Assembly: GCA_965199955.1 (NCBI GenBank)
Contig: CBDATQ010000001.1
Span: forward strand, 2,144,001-2,208,000
Direction: 5' to 3'
Source of the DNA: Spirochaetia bacterium
GTDB lineage: Bacteria > Spirochaetota > Spirochaetia > SZUA-6 > Bin103
DNA length: 64,000 nucleotides
A program made the position numbers and the translations under genes. Position 1 is the stretch's first letter. Every line of letters begins with the position of its first letter. This document shows positions 19,953-32,387 of the stretch, in pieces. Under the pieces are notes generated by a model. The model was not told the DNA's origin and did no database searches. It worked only from the letters and a program-made list of their open reading frames with translations.

Positions 19953-20756
19953 ATGACCCCGAAGCTTGAGATTCCGGACCGCCTGGTGGTGTTCACCTTC
20001 GACGACGGCACGCGTTCCAACGGCGAATTCGTCGCCCCGCTGCTGGCGCGATACGGCTTCGGGGGGACATTTTACATCACCGAGGGGCTGGGGTTTGAGG
20101 ACAAGGACTACTACCTCACCTGGGAGGAGATCCGCGGGCTGCACGAACGCGGCTTCGAGATAGGAAACCACGCATGCGGCCACCGCGACGTGCGCACCCT
20201 CGAGCCCGAAGAGCTGCAGGCGGAGGTGGAGCACATCGACCGCCGCTGCGCGGCGTTCGGCATCCCGCGGCCGCAGACCTTCTGCTATCCCGGATACCAC
20301 ACCGCTGCCGAGGCGGTGACGGTGCTGGCCGGGCACGGCTTCGCCTGGGCGCGCTGCGGATGCGAGCCGACGCCGGCCGAGGCGTACGAGACCGGCGGCT
20401 GCGGTCCGGCATACGACCCGCGCTTCGACCACCCGCTGCTAGTGCCCACGACCGCCGCCTACGGACCCGCCACCGATCTGGACACTCTGACCTGGGCAGC
20501 GCGGCAGGCGCACGGCGGACGCGTCGCGGTGATCACCTTTCACGGCGTGCCGGACCTGCGCCATCCGTGGGTGTCCACCGAGCCGCAGACCTTCCGCGAC
20601 TACCTGAAGTGGCTGGCTGACGGCGGCTACACCGTGATCGCGCTGCGCGACTTGTCCCGCTACGTCAGCATCACCGATTTGCCCGCAGACCCCTACGCGG
20701 CGCAGAGCGAGCGGCAAGGCACCGGCTACGGTCCCGGCGTCAGCCCAGGGCGATGA
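19953..20756 (+). CDS. Polysaccharide deacetylase (CE4/NodB-like)
   Basis: TFDDG, FEIGNHACGH, FCYP, ITFHGVP. Confidence 0.88.
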   Translation: MTPKLEIPDRLVVFTFDDGTRSNGEFVAPLLARYGFGGTFYITEGLGFEDKDYYLTWEEIRGLHERGFEIGNHACGHRDVRTLEPEELQAEVEHIDRRCAAFGIPRPQTFCYPGYHTAAEAVTVLAGHGFAWARCGCEPTPAEAYETGGCGPAYDPRFDHPLLVPTTAAYGPATDLDTLTWAARQAHGGRVAVITFHGVPDLRHPWVSTEPQTFRDYLKWLADGGYTVIALRDLSRYVSITDLPADPYAAQSERQGTGYGPGVSPGR

Positions 20757-21777
20757 CTGCCTTGAGCACGCCGGCCTCCGGGCGGGTGAGCGCGCCGAAG
20801 CGCTGCTCCACCTCGTCGAAGGCGATGCGGTGGGTGATCCACGGGCCGGTGTCGATGGTGCCTGAGGCGATGGCGTCGATCACCTGCCGGAAGTCGCCGG
20901 GGAGGCCGTTGCGGGAGGCGAGCAGCGTGAGCTCCCGGCGGTGCATCTCCGGCTGCGGGAAGGAGATCTCCTGACGGGTGAGCCCGAGGAAGACCACGGT
21001 GCCGCCCTGGGCGGCGTACGTGAGGGCCGCCGCCATCGACTGCGGGTTGCCGGTCGCGTCGATCACGATGTCGAAGAGGCGGCCGTCCGACAGCTCGCCG
21101 AGGCGTTCCGGTTCCTTGCCGTCGCCGGCGACGACGGCTCCCGCCGGGGCATACGTGTCGCGGCAAAACTCGACCCGGGCCGGCAACCGGTCCATGACCG
21201 TCACGTGCCGGGTGCGCAGCCGGACGAACTCCAGCGCCGCCAGCCCGATCGGCCCCAGGCCGATGACCAGCACCCGGTCCTCGCTGCCGGGAGCGGCCCG
21301 CGCGGTGGCGTGGCAGCCGATGGTCAGCGTCTCCACCAGCGCGAGCTGATCGAACGTGAGACCGGAGGCGCGGTGCAGCTTGCCGGCCGGGATCGTAAAG
21401 CGGTCGCAGAGGCCGCCGTCCTGCATGACGCCGATGACGCTGAGCCGCTCGCAGCAGTTGGTGCGGCCCTTGCCGCACGCGTAGCAGTCCCCGCAGTTCA
21501 GGTAGGGCTCGACGCTGCACGTGTCCCCGGGCGCGACCGCGGTGACGCCGTCACCGACGCTGAGCACCTCGACGCCCAGCTCATGGCCGGGAATGCGCGG
21601 GAAGTCGAAGAACGGAAAGGTGCCGTGATAGGCGCTGACGTCGGTGCCGCACACGCCGACGGAGTGGGTCTGCACGAGCGCATCGCCCGCCGCGGGTTCG
21701 GCTGGCGCCGGCACGGTGACGGCGCGGGCCTGGTACGGGGCCTCGAAGCGGATCGCGCGGATCGTGTCGGCGGTCAC
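20740..21777 (-). CDS. Zinc-dependent alcohol dehydrogenase (sugar-acid dehydrogenase, LgoD/YjjN-like)
   Basis: GVCGTD, GHE, CGDCYAC…NCC, GLGPIG, DATGN, ASRN. Confidence 0.88.
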   Translation of the reverse strand: MTADTIRAIRFEAPYQARAVTVPAPAEPAAGDALVQTHSVGVCGTDVSAYHGTFPFFDFPRIPGHELGVEVLSVGDGVTAVAPGDTCSVEPYLNCGDCYACGKGRTNCCERLSVIGVMQDGGLCDRFTIPAGKLHRASGLTFDQLALVETLTIGCHATARAAPGSEDRVLVIGLGPIGLAALEFVRLRTRHVTVMDRLPARVEFCRDTYAPAGAVVAGDGKEPERLGELSDGRLFDIVIDATGNPQSMAAALTYAAQGGTVVFLGLTRQEISFPQPEMHRRELTLLASRNGLPGDFRQVIDAIASGTIDTGPWITHRIAFDEVEQRFGALTRPEAGVLKAVIALG

Positions 21778-21792
21778 TCCTGAAGTCCCGAG

Positions 21793-21818
21793 CGGTCACT
21801 CTTCGAGTGAGGTTCGCT

Positions 21819-21821
<3 letters not shown>
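21793..21821 (-). repeat. Palindromic element copy 3
   Basis: Minus strand TGAAGCGAACCTCACTCGAAGAGTGACCG, beginning with the upstream gene's TGA stop. Confidence 0.85.
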
Positions 21822-24275
<2,454 letters not shown>

Positions 24276-24281
<6 letters not shown>

Positions 24282-24348
24282 GGGCGAAAGGTACACCGGA
24301 TCGCCGGTGGTCCGGCGAGGGGCGATGCGGTAGGTTTCGCCCATGCCC
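24276..24348. promoter_or_regulatory. Divergent promoter bounded by a 14-bp perfect inverted repeat containing both start codons
   Basis: GGGCATGGGCGAAA (24276-24289) and TTTCGCCCATGCCC (24335-24348); TACCTT and TAGGTT -10-like hexamers each lie 6 nt before an ATG. Confidence 0.6.
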
Positions 24349-25056
24349 GTGGTGGCGGTGCTGGCCGCGCTGGACGAGGAGATCGAGGCGTTCCGCGGGG
24401 CGCACGATCTGGAGCCCGTAGAGGAGGGGACGCCGTTCGCGGCCTTCCGCTTCCGGGTCGGCGCCGTCGACACCGTGCTGATGCGCACCGGGGTCGGCAA
24501 GGTGTTCGCGGCCATGGTCGCGCAGCGGGCGATCGAGCGGGTGCGGCCCGACTACATGATCGTCACCGGCATCGCCGGCAGCGTGCGCGCCGGCCTGGAC
24601 CTGGGCGACGTGGTGGTCGGTCGCGACTGCGTCCAGCACGACCTGGACACGACCGCGCTGGGCTTCGAGCTCGGCCAGGTGCCTTACACCGACTACCGCA
24701 TCCTGCGGGCCGACCCCCGGCTCGTGGATCTGGCGCTCGCCACGCCCGTGGACGGCCAACGCGTGGTAGCAGGCCGCATTCTCACCGGCGACCAGTTCGT
24801 CAGCGATCCCGATGCCGCGCTGCGCGACCGGCTGAGCGAGCTCGAAGGCTCCGTCGTGGAGATGGAAGGCGCGGCGATCGCGCTGGTTGCCACCGTCAAC
24901 CGCGTGCCGTTCGTGATCATCCGCTCCGTCTCCGACAAGGCCGACGCCGCCGCACCGGCCGACTTCGGCGCCTTCCTGCGCCGCGCGGCCGCCAACTCCT
25001 ACACGGTCTGCGCGGGCATCCTCGAATGCCTGGATCGGTCGCCAGCTCGCCCGTAG
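24343..25056 (+). CDS. mtnN: 5'-methylthioadenosine/S-adenosylhomocysteine nucleosidase
   Basis: [43 protein letters not shown]. Confidence 0.92.
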   Translation: MPVVAVLAALDEEIEAFRGAHDLEPVEEGTPFAAFRFRVGAVDTVLMRTGVGKVFAAMVAQRAIERVRPDYMIVTGIAGSVRAGLDLGDVVVGRDCVQHDLDTTALGFELGQVPYTDYRILRADPRLVDLALATPVDGQRVVAGRILTGDQFVSDPDAALRDRLSELEGSVVEMEGAAIALVATVNRVPFVIIRSVSDKADAAAPADFGAFLRRAAANSYTVCAGILECLDRSPARP

Positions 25057-25065
25057 GCTGATCGC

Positions 25066-25513
25066 TTAGGCGGACGGACAGAGATCCCGTCGATTGAGAA
25101 GATGCCTGTGGTCGGCGCTCTTGTAGATCTTGCCTCGAGGGCTCGCGACCAAAGCGGCGTTCTTGAAATCATTCTCGAGACTCCCGTCATTGGGTGAAAA
25201 GCAGGCGTGCACTGCTCGCCCTGGCAAGCGCGATGATATGATGGTCATCGGACTTGCAGATCCCGCGTGAACGGATCGATTCAGTTTCGAGTGCGACACT
25301 TGAGTCCGGGATCATCCTGGCACGGCCAGCTTGGACAGCCTCGCGAAACCACTCGCAGAACCTGCCATACTCTGCGAGCTCGTGCCGGAGTCGGCCGCCC
25401 ACGACCAGTCTGCCGGCGCCCTTCGTCAACCAGTCGAACAGCAATGCTCCTCGGTCGGATTGTTCTTGGCCAAACACCTCAGGGCGGACGTCGTTGTCGA
25501 CGATGGCACACAT
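25066..25513 (-). pseudogene. PIN-like domain protein, frameshifted near 25192
   Basis: MCAIVD…, KSDDHHIIALARAS…RLLF, then a frame switch to NDGSLENDFKN. The start overlaps the upstream ATPase stop (TGATG). Confidence 0.6.
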
Positions 25514-26393
25514 CAGAGCCCAAGAGACCGTTGCATCTCGGTCATGAAGAACTGTCGATAGGTCGGCGGGACCATCGAGCACGTTGCCGTTGTCGTCCAG
25601 CCGAAGCGAATGAATCGTCACGTCAAGATCGTTGGGCTCGAAGAACAGGATCGAAACGTCCTCAGCCCTCAAGTCGGTCTTCTTGTCGCGTATGTCCATG
25701 CGTGCTCGGTCGATCAGATGATCGCTATGGTTCTCGACGATCAATTGCATCGAGCTTGCAGTCGAACAGAACAGCGTTCCAAGCGCCGCCTGCGCAGGTG
25801 ATGTAGATGGACTTCGGGTTGCTGCAACAGGCAGATGTACGGTGCGTCATCACGCAATATATCGGTCATAATAGGAAGCGATTTGCTCACTTAATAGCCC
25901 ACATCTATCAGGTTTGTAGCCGGCTTTTTGAGCTTTGTTATTCGGGCGTATTTCTTGACTTGTGCCTGAAACGGTGAGCCATCGCGCCTTGCAAGTGAAT
26001 TCATAGATATTTCGTCAAACAATCCGGAATCCCGACCAAATGTCTCGATACGACGTTTCAGTTCTTGCCACTTTGATTTGTACGGCGAGATATTGCTTCG
26101 AGATAGGTCGGAATATACTCTCCTTCGGGATCGCGCGAACGTCTCATCGGGTCGTACGTTCGGCGAGGGCGAGATGGAATGCGCCCAGGTCGTACGGGTA
26201 GTCGTTGAAGTCAGGAACGGTCTCTATGGCAGCGAGATCCCAATGTGCCCGGATCAGCGCCAGGAAGGAAGTCTTTCCGGTGCTGTCTTTCGCCGACAAG
26301 CAGGGTGAGCGGCGCAAGTCGCGCTACCTGCTGCTCCCGGAAGCAGCGGTAGTTGCCGACCGTGATGAGATCAATGGTTGACGCCCGTGCCAT
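25513..26393 (-). pseudogene. ABC-type (AAA_21/AAA_15-like) ATPase with DUF3696-like tail, heavily decayed
   Basis: NYRCF…LAPLTLLVGE/NSTGKTS (frameshift in Walker A), SGLFDEI, signature NLIDVGY*VS (TAA at 25891-25893), LLQQPEVHLH, HSDHLIDR; visibly AT-richer than the flanks. Confidence 0.8.
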
Positions 26394-26415
26394 TTTCTGG
26401 ACTCTACCACGTTGA

Positions 26416-26970
26416 ATGAGAGTGAGTGAGCAAGCATTGCCGGCTGCGGTGCAGGCGGTGATCCGCGACGTGCCGGACTTTCCGCGGCCGGGGATCATCT
26501 TCCGGGACATCACGCCGGTGTTCGGCCAGATCGACCTGCCGCTGCGCATCGCCGCCTGGATGGCCGCCGCCTTCGCGGCGGCTGCGGGCAACCACCGCAT
26601 CGACGCCGTCGCCTGCGTGGAGGCGCGCGGCTTCATGCTCGGCCCGCTAGTAGCGCGCGAGCTGGGGGTAGGCCTGATTCCGGTGCGCAAGCCGGACAAG
26701 CTACCGCGCGAAACGCTGCGTCAGGACTACGAACTTGAGTACGGCACCGACTCGCTGGAGATGCACGCGGATGCCTGCGGCCCAGGGCAGCGGATCCTGC
26801 TGGTGGATGACGTGCTGGCCACCGGCGGCACTGCCACGGCGGCGTGCCGGTTGATCGAGCGTACCGGAGCCAGCGTCGCGGGTGCCGCGTTCCTGATCGA
26901 GCTGGACGGCCTGGACGGCGCGCAGCGGCTGCCGGTGTCCAGTCGCAGCCTGCTGGTGCTGCCGGCGTGA
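26416..26970 (+). CDS. apt: Adenine phosphoribosyltransferase
   Basis: PDFPRPGIIFRDIT, EARGF, RKPDKLP, YELEYG, VDDVLATGGT. Confidence 0.96.
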   Translation: MRVSEQALPAAVQAVIRDVPDFPRPGIIFRDITPVFGQIDLPLRIAAWMAAAFAAAAGNHRIDAVACVEARGFMLGPLVARELGVGLIPVRKPDKLPRETLRQDYELEYGTDSLEMHADACGPGQRILLVDDVLATGGTATAACRLIERTGASVAGAAFLIELDGLDGAQRLPVSSRSLLVLPA

Positions 26971-27179
26971 GCGACGCTCCCCGCGTGCCGCTGATCCTGA
27001 TGCGGGTTGGCGGCATCATGGTGGCGGCGGGCATTGCATTGGCGTACTTGGCCTGGGCGCTTGCCTACTCGCGGGTGAGCCTGGCAGCGATCGCCATCCC
27101 GGTCGGCGTGGTGCTGCTGGGCGGTGTGCTGGTGTTCGTGATCGGTGCCGTGTCCGCGGCCGGTGCTCGCCAGGAGTAG
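26967..27179 (+). CDS. Small two-helix membrane protein
   Basis: GTG overlaps the apt stop; 70 aa with two hydrophobic segments. Confidence 0.55.
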   Translation: MSDAPRVPLILMRVGGIMVAAGIALAYLAWALAYSRVSLAAIAIPVGVVLLGGVLVFVIGAVSAAGARQE

Positions 27180-27190
27180 CCTCGCGGACT

Positions 27191-29020
27191 TCAGCCGGCG
27201 GGCAGCTCGGATCCGTCCTGTCGCCGGTAGAGATCGGCGTACACGCCGTCTGCGGCCGTCAGCTCGTCGTGCGTGCCGCGCTCGGCGATCCCGTGGTCCT
27301 TGATCACGAACAGGCAGTCGGCGGCGCGCACCGTGCTCAGCCGGTGGGCGATGATGATGGCCGTGCGGCCCTGCAGGAGCCGCCGCAGCGCGGCCTGGAT
27401 CACCGACTCGGTCACCACGTCCACGCTGGAGGTCGCCTCGTCCAGGACGATCAGGCGCGGGTCGGGCAGCAGCGCGCGGGCGATGGCGATGAGCTGGCGC
27501 TGACCCACCGAGATATTGGTGCCGAACTCCAGGATCTCGGTGTCGTAGCCGTCCGGCAGCCGCTCCACGAAGCGGTGCAGGCCGACCGCCTGGGCGGCTT
27601 CGACGACCGCTTCGTCGGAGGCCGCCGGAGCGCCGAAGCGGACGTTGTCTGCGATGGTGCCGGAAAACAGGAACGGATCCTGCGAGACCAGCGCCATCTG
27701 CTCGCGCAGCGTGCGCTGCTGCACCGACCGGACGTCGACGCCGTCGACCAGCACCTCACCGTCGGTGACGTCGTAGAAACGGGCGATCAGGTTGGCGATG
27801 GTGGTCTTGCCGGCGCCGGTCTCGCCGATCAGCGCCACGGTCTGACCCGCCTCGATGGTCAGGTCGACGTCCTCCAGCACGGGCTGATCGGGCTCGTAGG
27901 CGAAGGAGACGCCGCGCAGCTCGATGCGGCCGTCGATCCGCCGCATCGGCGGGGCGTCGGGGGCGTCGAGGATGCGCGGTTCCGTGTCCAGCAACTCCAG
28001 CACCTTCTCGCCGCCGGCCATCGCCGACTGCATGGAGGCGTAGAGCTGGCTGAGCTCCTGGATCGGCTGGAAGAAGCGGCTGACGTAGGCCAGGAAGGCG
28101 ACGATCACGCCGATCGAGACCGCGTCCCGGCCGTGCGCCAGACCGCCGAAGAGCAACACCGCCGCCGTCGCCAGCAGCCCCAGAAACTCCACCGACGGCG
28201 TGAAGGCGATGGACAGGGAGAACGCCCGCAGCTGCGCATCGCGCGCGTCACGATTGCGCCGCTCGAACCGCTCGGCGGCCGCCGGCATCTGCGCGAACGC
28301 CCGGATCACGCGCATCCCGCCGATCGCCTCGGCCAGGTTGCCGACCATCGTGGCGATCGCCGTCCGCGTGGCGCGGAACGCCCGCCGCGCCAGGCGGGAG
28401 AAGATCAGCGTGGCGACCACCATCACCGGCACCACCGCGAACGTGGTGAGGGCCAGCTCCGTGTTCATGATCAGCATGGCCACGACGATGCCGATCAGGA
28501 CCAGGGAATCGCCGATGATCTGCACAAGCCCCTGCGACAGCACCTCGTTGATGGTGGCGACGTCGTTGATCACCCGCGAGATGGTGACGCCGACCGGGTG
28601 CTCGGTGTGATAGCGCAGCGACAGCCGCTGCAGGTGGCGGAAGAGCTGCGCCCGCATCGTGGCCAGCATCCTCTGGCCGACCCACGACAGCAGGTAGGTC
28701 TGCAGCGCGTGCGCGGCGTAGGTGCCCAGGAACGTCAGGACCAGGAGGCCGGAGATCAGCGCCAGGCTCCGGAGGTCGCCGGAGGCGATGGCGTCGTCGA
28801 TGGCTAGCTGGATCAGCCAGGGCGCCGCCAGGCTCAGCGCGGTGACCACCAGCATGGCGAGCGAGGCGGCGGCCATGTGCCTGCGATAGGGACGCAGGTA
28901 GGCCGTCAGGCGGCGGATCACGTGTGGATCGATCGCCCGGCCCTCGCCGCCGGCGAGCGCGGCCAGCGTGGATCTGGGTCCGCCGCCCATCGGTCCGGCG
29001 CCCGTCGAGAAAGTGCTCAT
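27191..29020 (-). CDS. ABC exporter, permease + ATPase (heterodimer subunit B)
   Basis: Six-TM domain, GETGAGKTT, degenerate signature ISVGQRQ, LDEATS, IAHRLST. Confidence 0.93.
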   Translation of the reverse strand: MSTFSTGAGPMGGGPRSTLAALAGGEGRAIDPHVIRRLTAYLRPYRRHMAAASLAMLVVTALSLAAPWLIQLAIDDAIASGDLRSLALISGLLVLTFLGTYAAHALQTYLLSWVGQRMLATMRAQLFRHLQRLSLRYHTEHPVGVTISRVINDVATINEVLSQGLVQIIGDSLVLIGIVVAMLIMNTELALTTFAVVPVMVVATLIFSRLARRAFRATRTAIATMVGNLAEAIGGMRVIRAFAQMPAAAERFERRNRDARDAQLRAFSLSIAFTPSVEFLGLLATAAVLLFGGLAHGRDAVSIGVIVAFLAYVSRFFQPIQELSQLYASMQSAMAGGEKVLELLDTEPRILDAPDAPPMRRIDGRIELRGVSFAYEPDQPVLEDVDLTIEAGQTVALIGETGAGKTTIANLIARFYDVTDGEVLVDGVDVRSVQQRTLREQMALVSQDPFLFSGTIADNVRFGAPAASDEAVVEAAQAVGLHRFVERLPDGYDTEILEFGTNISVGQRQLIAIARALLPDPRLIVLDEATSSVDVVTESVIQAALRRLLQGRTAIIIAHRLSTVRAADCLFVIKDHGIAERGTHDELTAADGVYADLYRRQDGSELPAG

Positions 29021-30825
29021 CGGGGCGCTCCCCTCAGTGCATGAGCGGCCGCCGACAGGCGTCCGTCGCCGTCGCGCCCGGCTGGGGCGGGTAACGGTGC
29101 TGCGGTTCCGGCGGAGGCGAAGATGGCGGCATAGAGCGGCGAGCCTGCCAGCAATTCCTCATGGGTGCCGTAGGCGGCGATCCGGCCTTCCTCGAGCACG
29201 ACCACCGCGTCCGCGTCCTTGCAGGTGCTGGCGCGCTGAGCGATGACGATCATGGTGCGAGCGCCGGCGGAGTCGCGCAGCGCCGACAGGATCCGGCCCT
29301 CGGTGCGGGCGTCGACGCTGGAGGTGGCGTCGTCGAGGATGAGGATGCGCGGATCGGTCAGCAGCGCGCGGGCGATGGCGATGCGCTGCTTCTGCCCCCC
29401 GGACAGGGTGACGCCGCGTTCGCCCACCGGCGTGTCGTAGCCCTCGGGCAGTCCCTCGATGAAGCTGCGGATCTGCGCCGCCTCCGCCGCCGCGGAGATC
29501 TCCACTTGCGAGGCGTCGGGCCGGCCGAAGGCGATGTTCTCGCCGATGGTGGCCGCGAACAGCACCGTGTCCTGCAGCACGACGCCGATCTGCGAGCGCA
29601 GCGATGCCATCGCCACCCCGCGGATGTCGATGTCGTCTATCTCGATCACGCCGCGGGTCGGGTCGTACAGGCGCAGCAGCAGCGAGATCAGGGTCGTCTT
29701 TCCCGAACCGGTGGCGCCGAGCACCGCCAGCCTGCTCCCGGCGGGGATGGTCAGATCAATGTCGGAGAGCGCCTCGGGCCCATCCTCCCCGCCGAACGAG
29801 AAGCCGACGTCCCGGAACCGGACCCCGCCCCGGCCGCGCGGCAACGGCCCGGCGTCCGGGGCCTCCGGGATGGCATCCGGCGCGTCCAGGATCTCCGCGA
29901 CGCGTTCGGCGGACGCCAGCCCCTGCACCATCATCGGCAGCATGGCCCCGACCCGGCGCACCGGCGCGAAAAGCTGCGTGAGGTAGGTCGTGAACGCCAC
30001 CAGCAGCCCCAGGCTCTCGCCGCGCACGACCATCAGGCCGCCGATGCCCACGACCACCACCAGGCCCAGGTTGGCGATCAGCGACAGGAGCGGCGTGTGT
30101 ATGGCCTTCAGCTTGGCGTTGAGAGCCGAGATCACGAACCAGCGATCGACCTGCCGCTGGAACCGCACGGTCTCCCGCTGCTCCTGCGCGAACGCCTTGA
30201 CCAGCCGCGCGCCCTGCAGGTTCTGCTCCAACGCCGACGTCATCACGCCGAGCTGCTGCTGCAGCCGGGACGCCAGCGGCCGCTGCTGCTTGCCGAATAT
30301 GAACGCCTGTATCGCCAGGAACGGCACGGGGATCAGCGACGCGGCGCCGAGCACCGGATTCATCGCGACCATGAACGCCAGCGTCCCCGCGAACAGCACC
30401 GCCGCGTCGAGGACGCGCAGCAGCGCCTTGCTGACCACGAACCGGAGGCGCTCCACATCCTGGATCGCGCGCTGCAGGACCTGACCGGTCTCCATCCGCT
30501 CGATGAAGGCGATGTCCACCACGCCGAGCCTGAGGAACAGCTCGTTGCGCAGGTCGTAGGAGAGCCGCTGGGCGGCCATCTCGGCTAGTTGGCCCTGCAG
30601 GAATCCGAACACCGCGCGCGCGCCCGCCAGGGCGACCAGCACGATGACCGAGCGGATCAGCACCGACCGGTCGCCGGCGATGATCCCGTAGTCGACGATC
30701 CAGCGGACGAACACCGGGATGACGAGCAGGGCGGCGGTGTGCGCGGTCATCGCGGCGTACGCCCCCGCCATGAGCGGTCGGTAGGGGCGCAGGTAACGGA
30801 AGAATCGGCCGAACAGGCTCGCCAA
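29017..30825 (-). CDS. ABC exporter, permease + ATPase (heterodimer subunit A)
   Basis: GATGSGKTT, LSGGQKQR, non-canonical LDDAT and IAQR (degenerate site typical of heterodimeric exporters). Confidence 0.93.
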   Translation of the reverse strand: MASLFGRFFRYLRPYRPLMAGAYAAMTAHTAALLVIPVFVRWIVDYGIIAGDRSVLIRSVIVLVALAGARAVFGFLQGQLAEMAAQRLSYDLRNELFLRLGVVDIAFIERMETGQVLQRAIQDVERLRFVVSKALLRVLDAAVLFAGTLAFMVAMNPVLGAASLIPVPFLAIQAFIFGKQQRPLASRLQQQLGVMTSALEQNLQGARLVKAFAQEQRETVRFQRQVDRWFVISALNAKLKAIHTPLLSLIANLGLVVVVGIGGLMVVRGESLGLLVAFTTYLTQLFAPVRRVGAMLPMMVQGLASAERVAEILDAPDAIPEAPDAGPLPRGRGGVRFRDVGFSFGGEDGPEALSDIDLTIPAGSRLAVLGATGSGKTTLISLLLRLYDPTRGVIEIDDIDIRGVAMASLRSQIGVVLQDTVLFAATIGENIAFGRPDASQVEISAAAEAAQIRSFIEGLPEGYDTPVGERGVTLSGGQKQRIAIARALLTDPRILILDDATSSVDARTEGRILSALRDSAGARTMIVIAQRASTCKDADAVVVLEEGRIAAYGTHEELLAGSPLYAAIFASAGTAAPLPAPAGRDGDGRLSAAAHALRGAPR

Positions 30826-30942
30826 GCCGACAGTATACCAACTGCGCCGTGCTCGGCTACCGAGCCGCCGGCTACCGCCCTGCCGGTTGAGGACGCCGCT
30901 ACGGGCTACGGGGCGCAGGCGCAGGGCAGCTCCTGCTTCAAC

Positions 30943-31428
30943 TCAACCGTACGCCGATCCCAACCCCATCGCGCGGCGCCACGCCGCCACCTGGCCCAGA
31001 TGGTGCCCTTCGTGCATGGTCATCAGCGCGACGGCGAAGTCCCCAACGGTGGGGAAGCGCTCGCGAAGACGGGGCGGGGTCGGCTGCTGCAGGCGTTCGG
31101 CATCGACCGCTGCCATCGCTTCGGACACGCGCTCGTGCTGCGCGCGGAGCTGTTCGAGGAGCTCCACCTTGCCGGGAAAGTCGGCGGCGTTCCCGCTGGG
31201 GATCGACCCCATGCGGCACGCCTCCTTCCATGTGTCCGGAAAAGTAGACGGGAGTCCAAGCATGCCGGCCAACGCGTCGGAGGTGACGCCCAGATGGCCC
31301 AGCGTCCACGCCGGGTGATTGATGACTCCCGACGGCTGAGCGACCATCTGCTCGTCCGTGAGGTCGTCGACGAGCAGCTCGGCTCGGTTGAGGTTCTTGC
31401 CGTAGACGAACAACAGATGCTGGATCAT
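30943..31428 (-). CDS. DinB family protein
   Basis: NHPAWTLGHL and HEGHHLGQ metal-binding histidines. Confidence 0.88.
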   Translation of the reverse strand: MIQHLLFVYGKNLNRAELLVDDLTDEQMVAQPSGVINHPAWTLGHLGVTSDALAGMLGLPSTFPDTWKEACRMGSIPSGNAADFPGKVELLEQLRAQHERVSEAMAAVDAERLQQPTPPRLRERFPTVGDFAVALMTMHEGHHLGQVAAWRRAMGLGSAYG

Positions 31429-31550
31429 TGAGCTCTCCCTGAGCCCCGGCAGCCCCTGGCAACGCCGGGCACGAAATAGGACCGGCGCACTATAGCGCCG
31501 ACGAACCAGGGCCCACCATCCCGCGGCCGTGTGGGGTACGCTCTCCGTTC

Positions 31551-32387
31551 ATGGCACACACACGAATCGGGTTGCTGCATCCGGGCCAGATGGGCTCCGC
31601 GGTGGGACGCGCCCTGGTCGAAGCCGGGCACCGGGTCCTGTGGGTCTCCGCGGATCGGTCGCCGGAGTCACGCGAGCGCGCGGCGGAGGCCGGGCTGGAC
31701 GACGCTGCCACCCTTGAGGCGCTGGCTGAGCAGGCTGAGGTGATCCTGTCGATCTGTCCCCCGCACGCTGCGGCCGAGGTCGCCGGACAGGTGGCCGCCT
31801 GCGGGTTCACCGGTGTCTACGCCGACTGCAACGCCATCTCGCCCGGCCGCACCCGCGCCGTCGAGACGACGATCGCCGGCGCCGGCGCGACCTACGTCGA
31901 CGGCGGTATCGTCGGCGGTCCTCCGACCGACGGACCGCCGCGCACGTGGCTCTACCTGTCGGGCGCTGCCGCGGCACAGGTAGCCGCCTGCTTTCCGCGC
32001 GACGCCCTGCACGCGGTGGTCCTCTCCGACCGCATCGGCGCGGCATCCGCTCTGAAGATGTGCTACGCGGCCAACACCAAGGGCGCCTCCGCACTGTTCG
32101 CGGCGATCCTGGCGCTGGCCGAGCAGGAAGGAGTTCGGGCCGCGTTGGAACGGCAGTGGGGAGACGATCTGACCGCTTCCGCGTACAAGCGCGCCGCCGA
32201 CAGCGCCCTCAAGGCGTGGCGGTTCGTGGGCGAGATGCACGAGATCGCGGCGACCTTCGCGGAGTCCGGCCTGCCCGGCGGGTTTCACGCGGCGGCCGCG
32301 GAGATCTACGAGCGCCTGGCCCCGTTCAAGGGCCGCACCGAGCCGCCGGAGCTGGGCGACGTGCTCGACAGCCTGCAGCGGCCGTGA
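31551..32387 (+). CDS. NAD(P)-dependent oxidoreductase, 6PGD/DUF1932-like
   Basis: HPGQMG Rossmann variant, DCNAISP, VDGGIVGGPP, ASALKMCYAANTKG, KAWRFVGEM. Confidence 0.85.
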   Translation: MAHTRIGLLHPGQMGSAVGRALVEAGHRVLWVSADRSPESRERAAEAGLDDAATLEALAEQAEVILSICPPHAAAEVAGQVAACGFTGVYADCNAISPGRTRAVETTIAGAGATYVDGGIVGGPPTDGPPRTWLYLSGAAAAQVAACFPRDALHAVVLSDRIGAASALKMCYAANTKGASALFAAILALAEQEGVRAALERQWGDDLTASAYKRAADSALKAWRFVGEMHEIAATFAESGLPGGFHAAAAEIYERLAPFKGRTEPPELGDVLDSLQRP

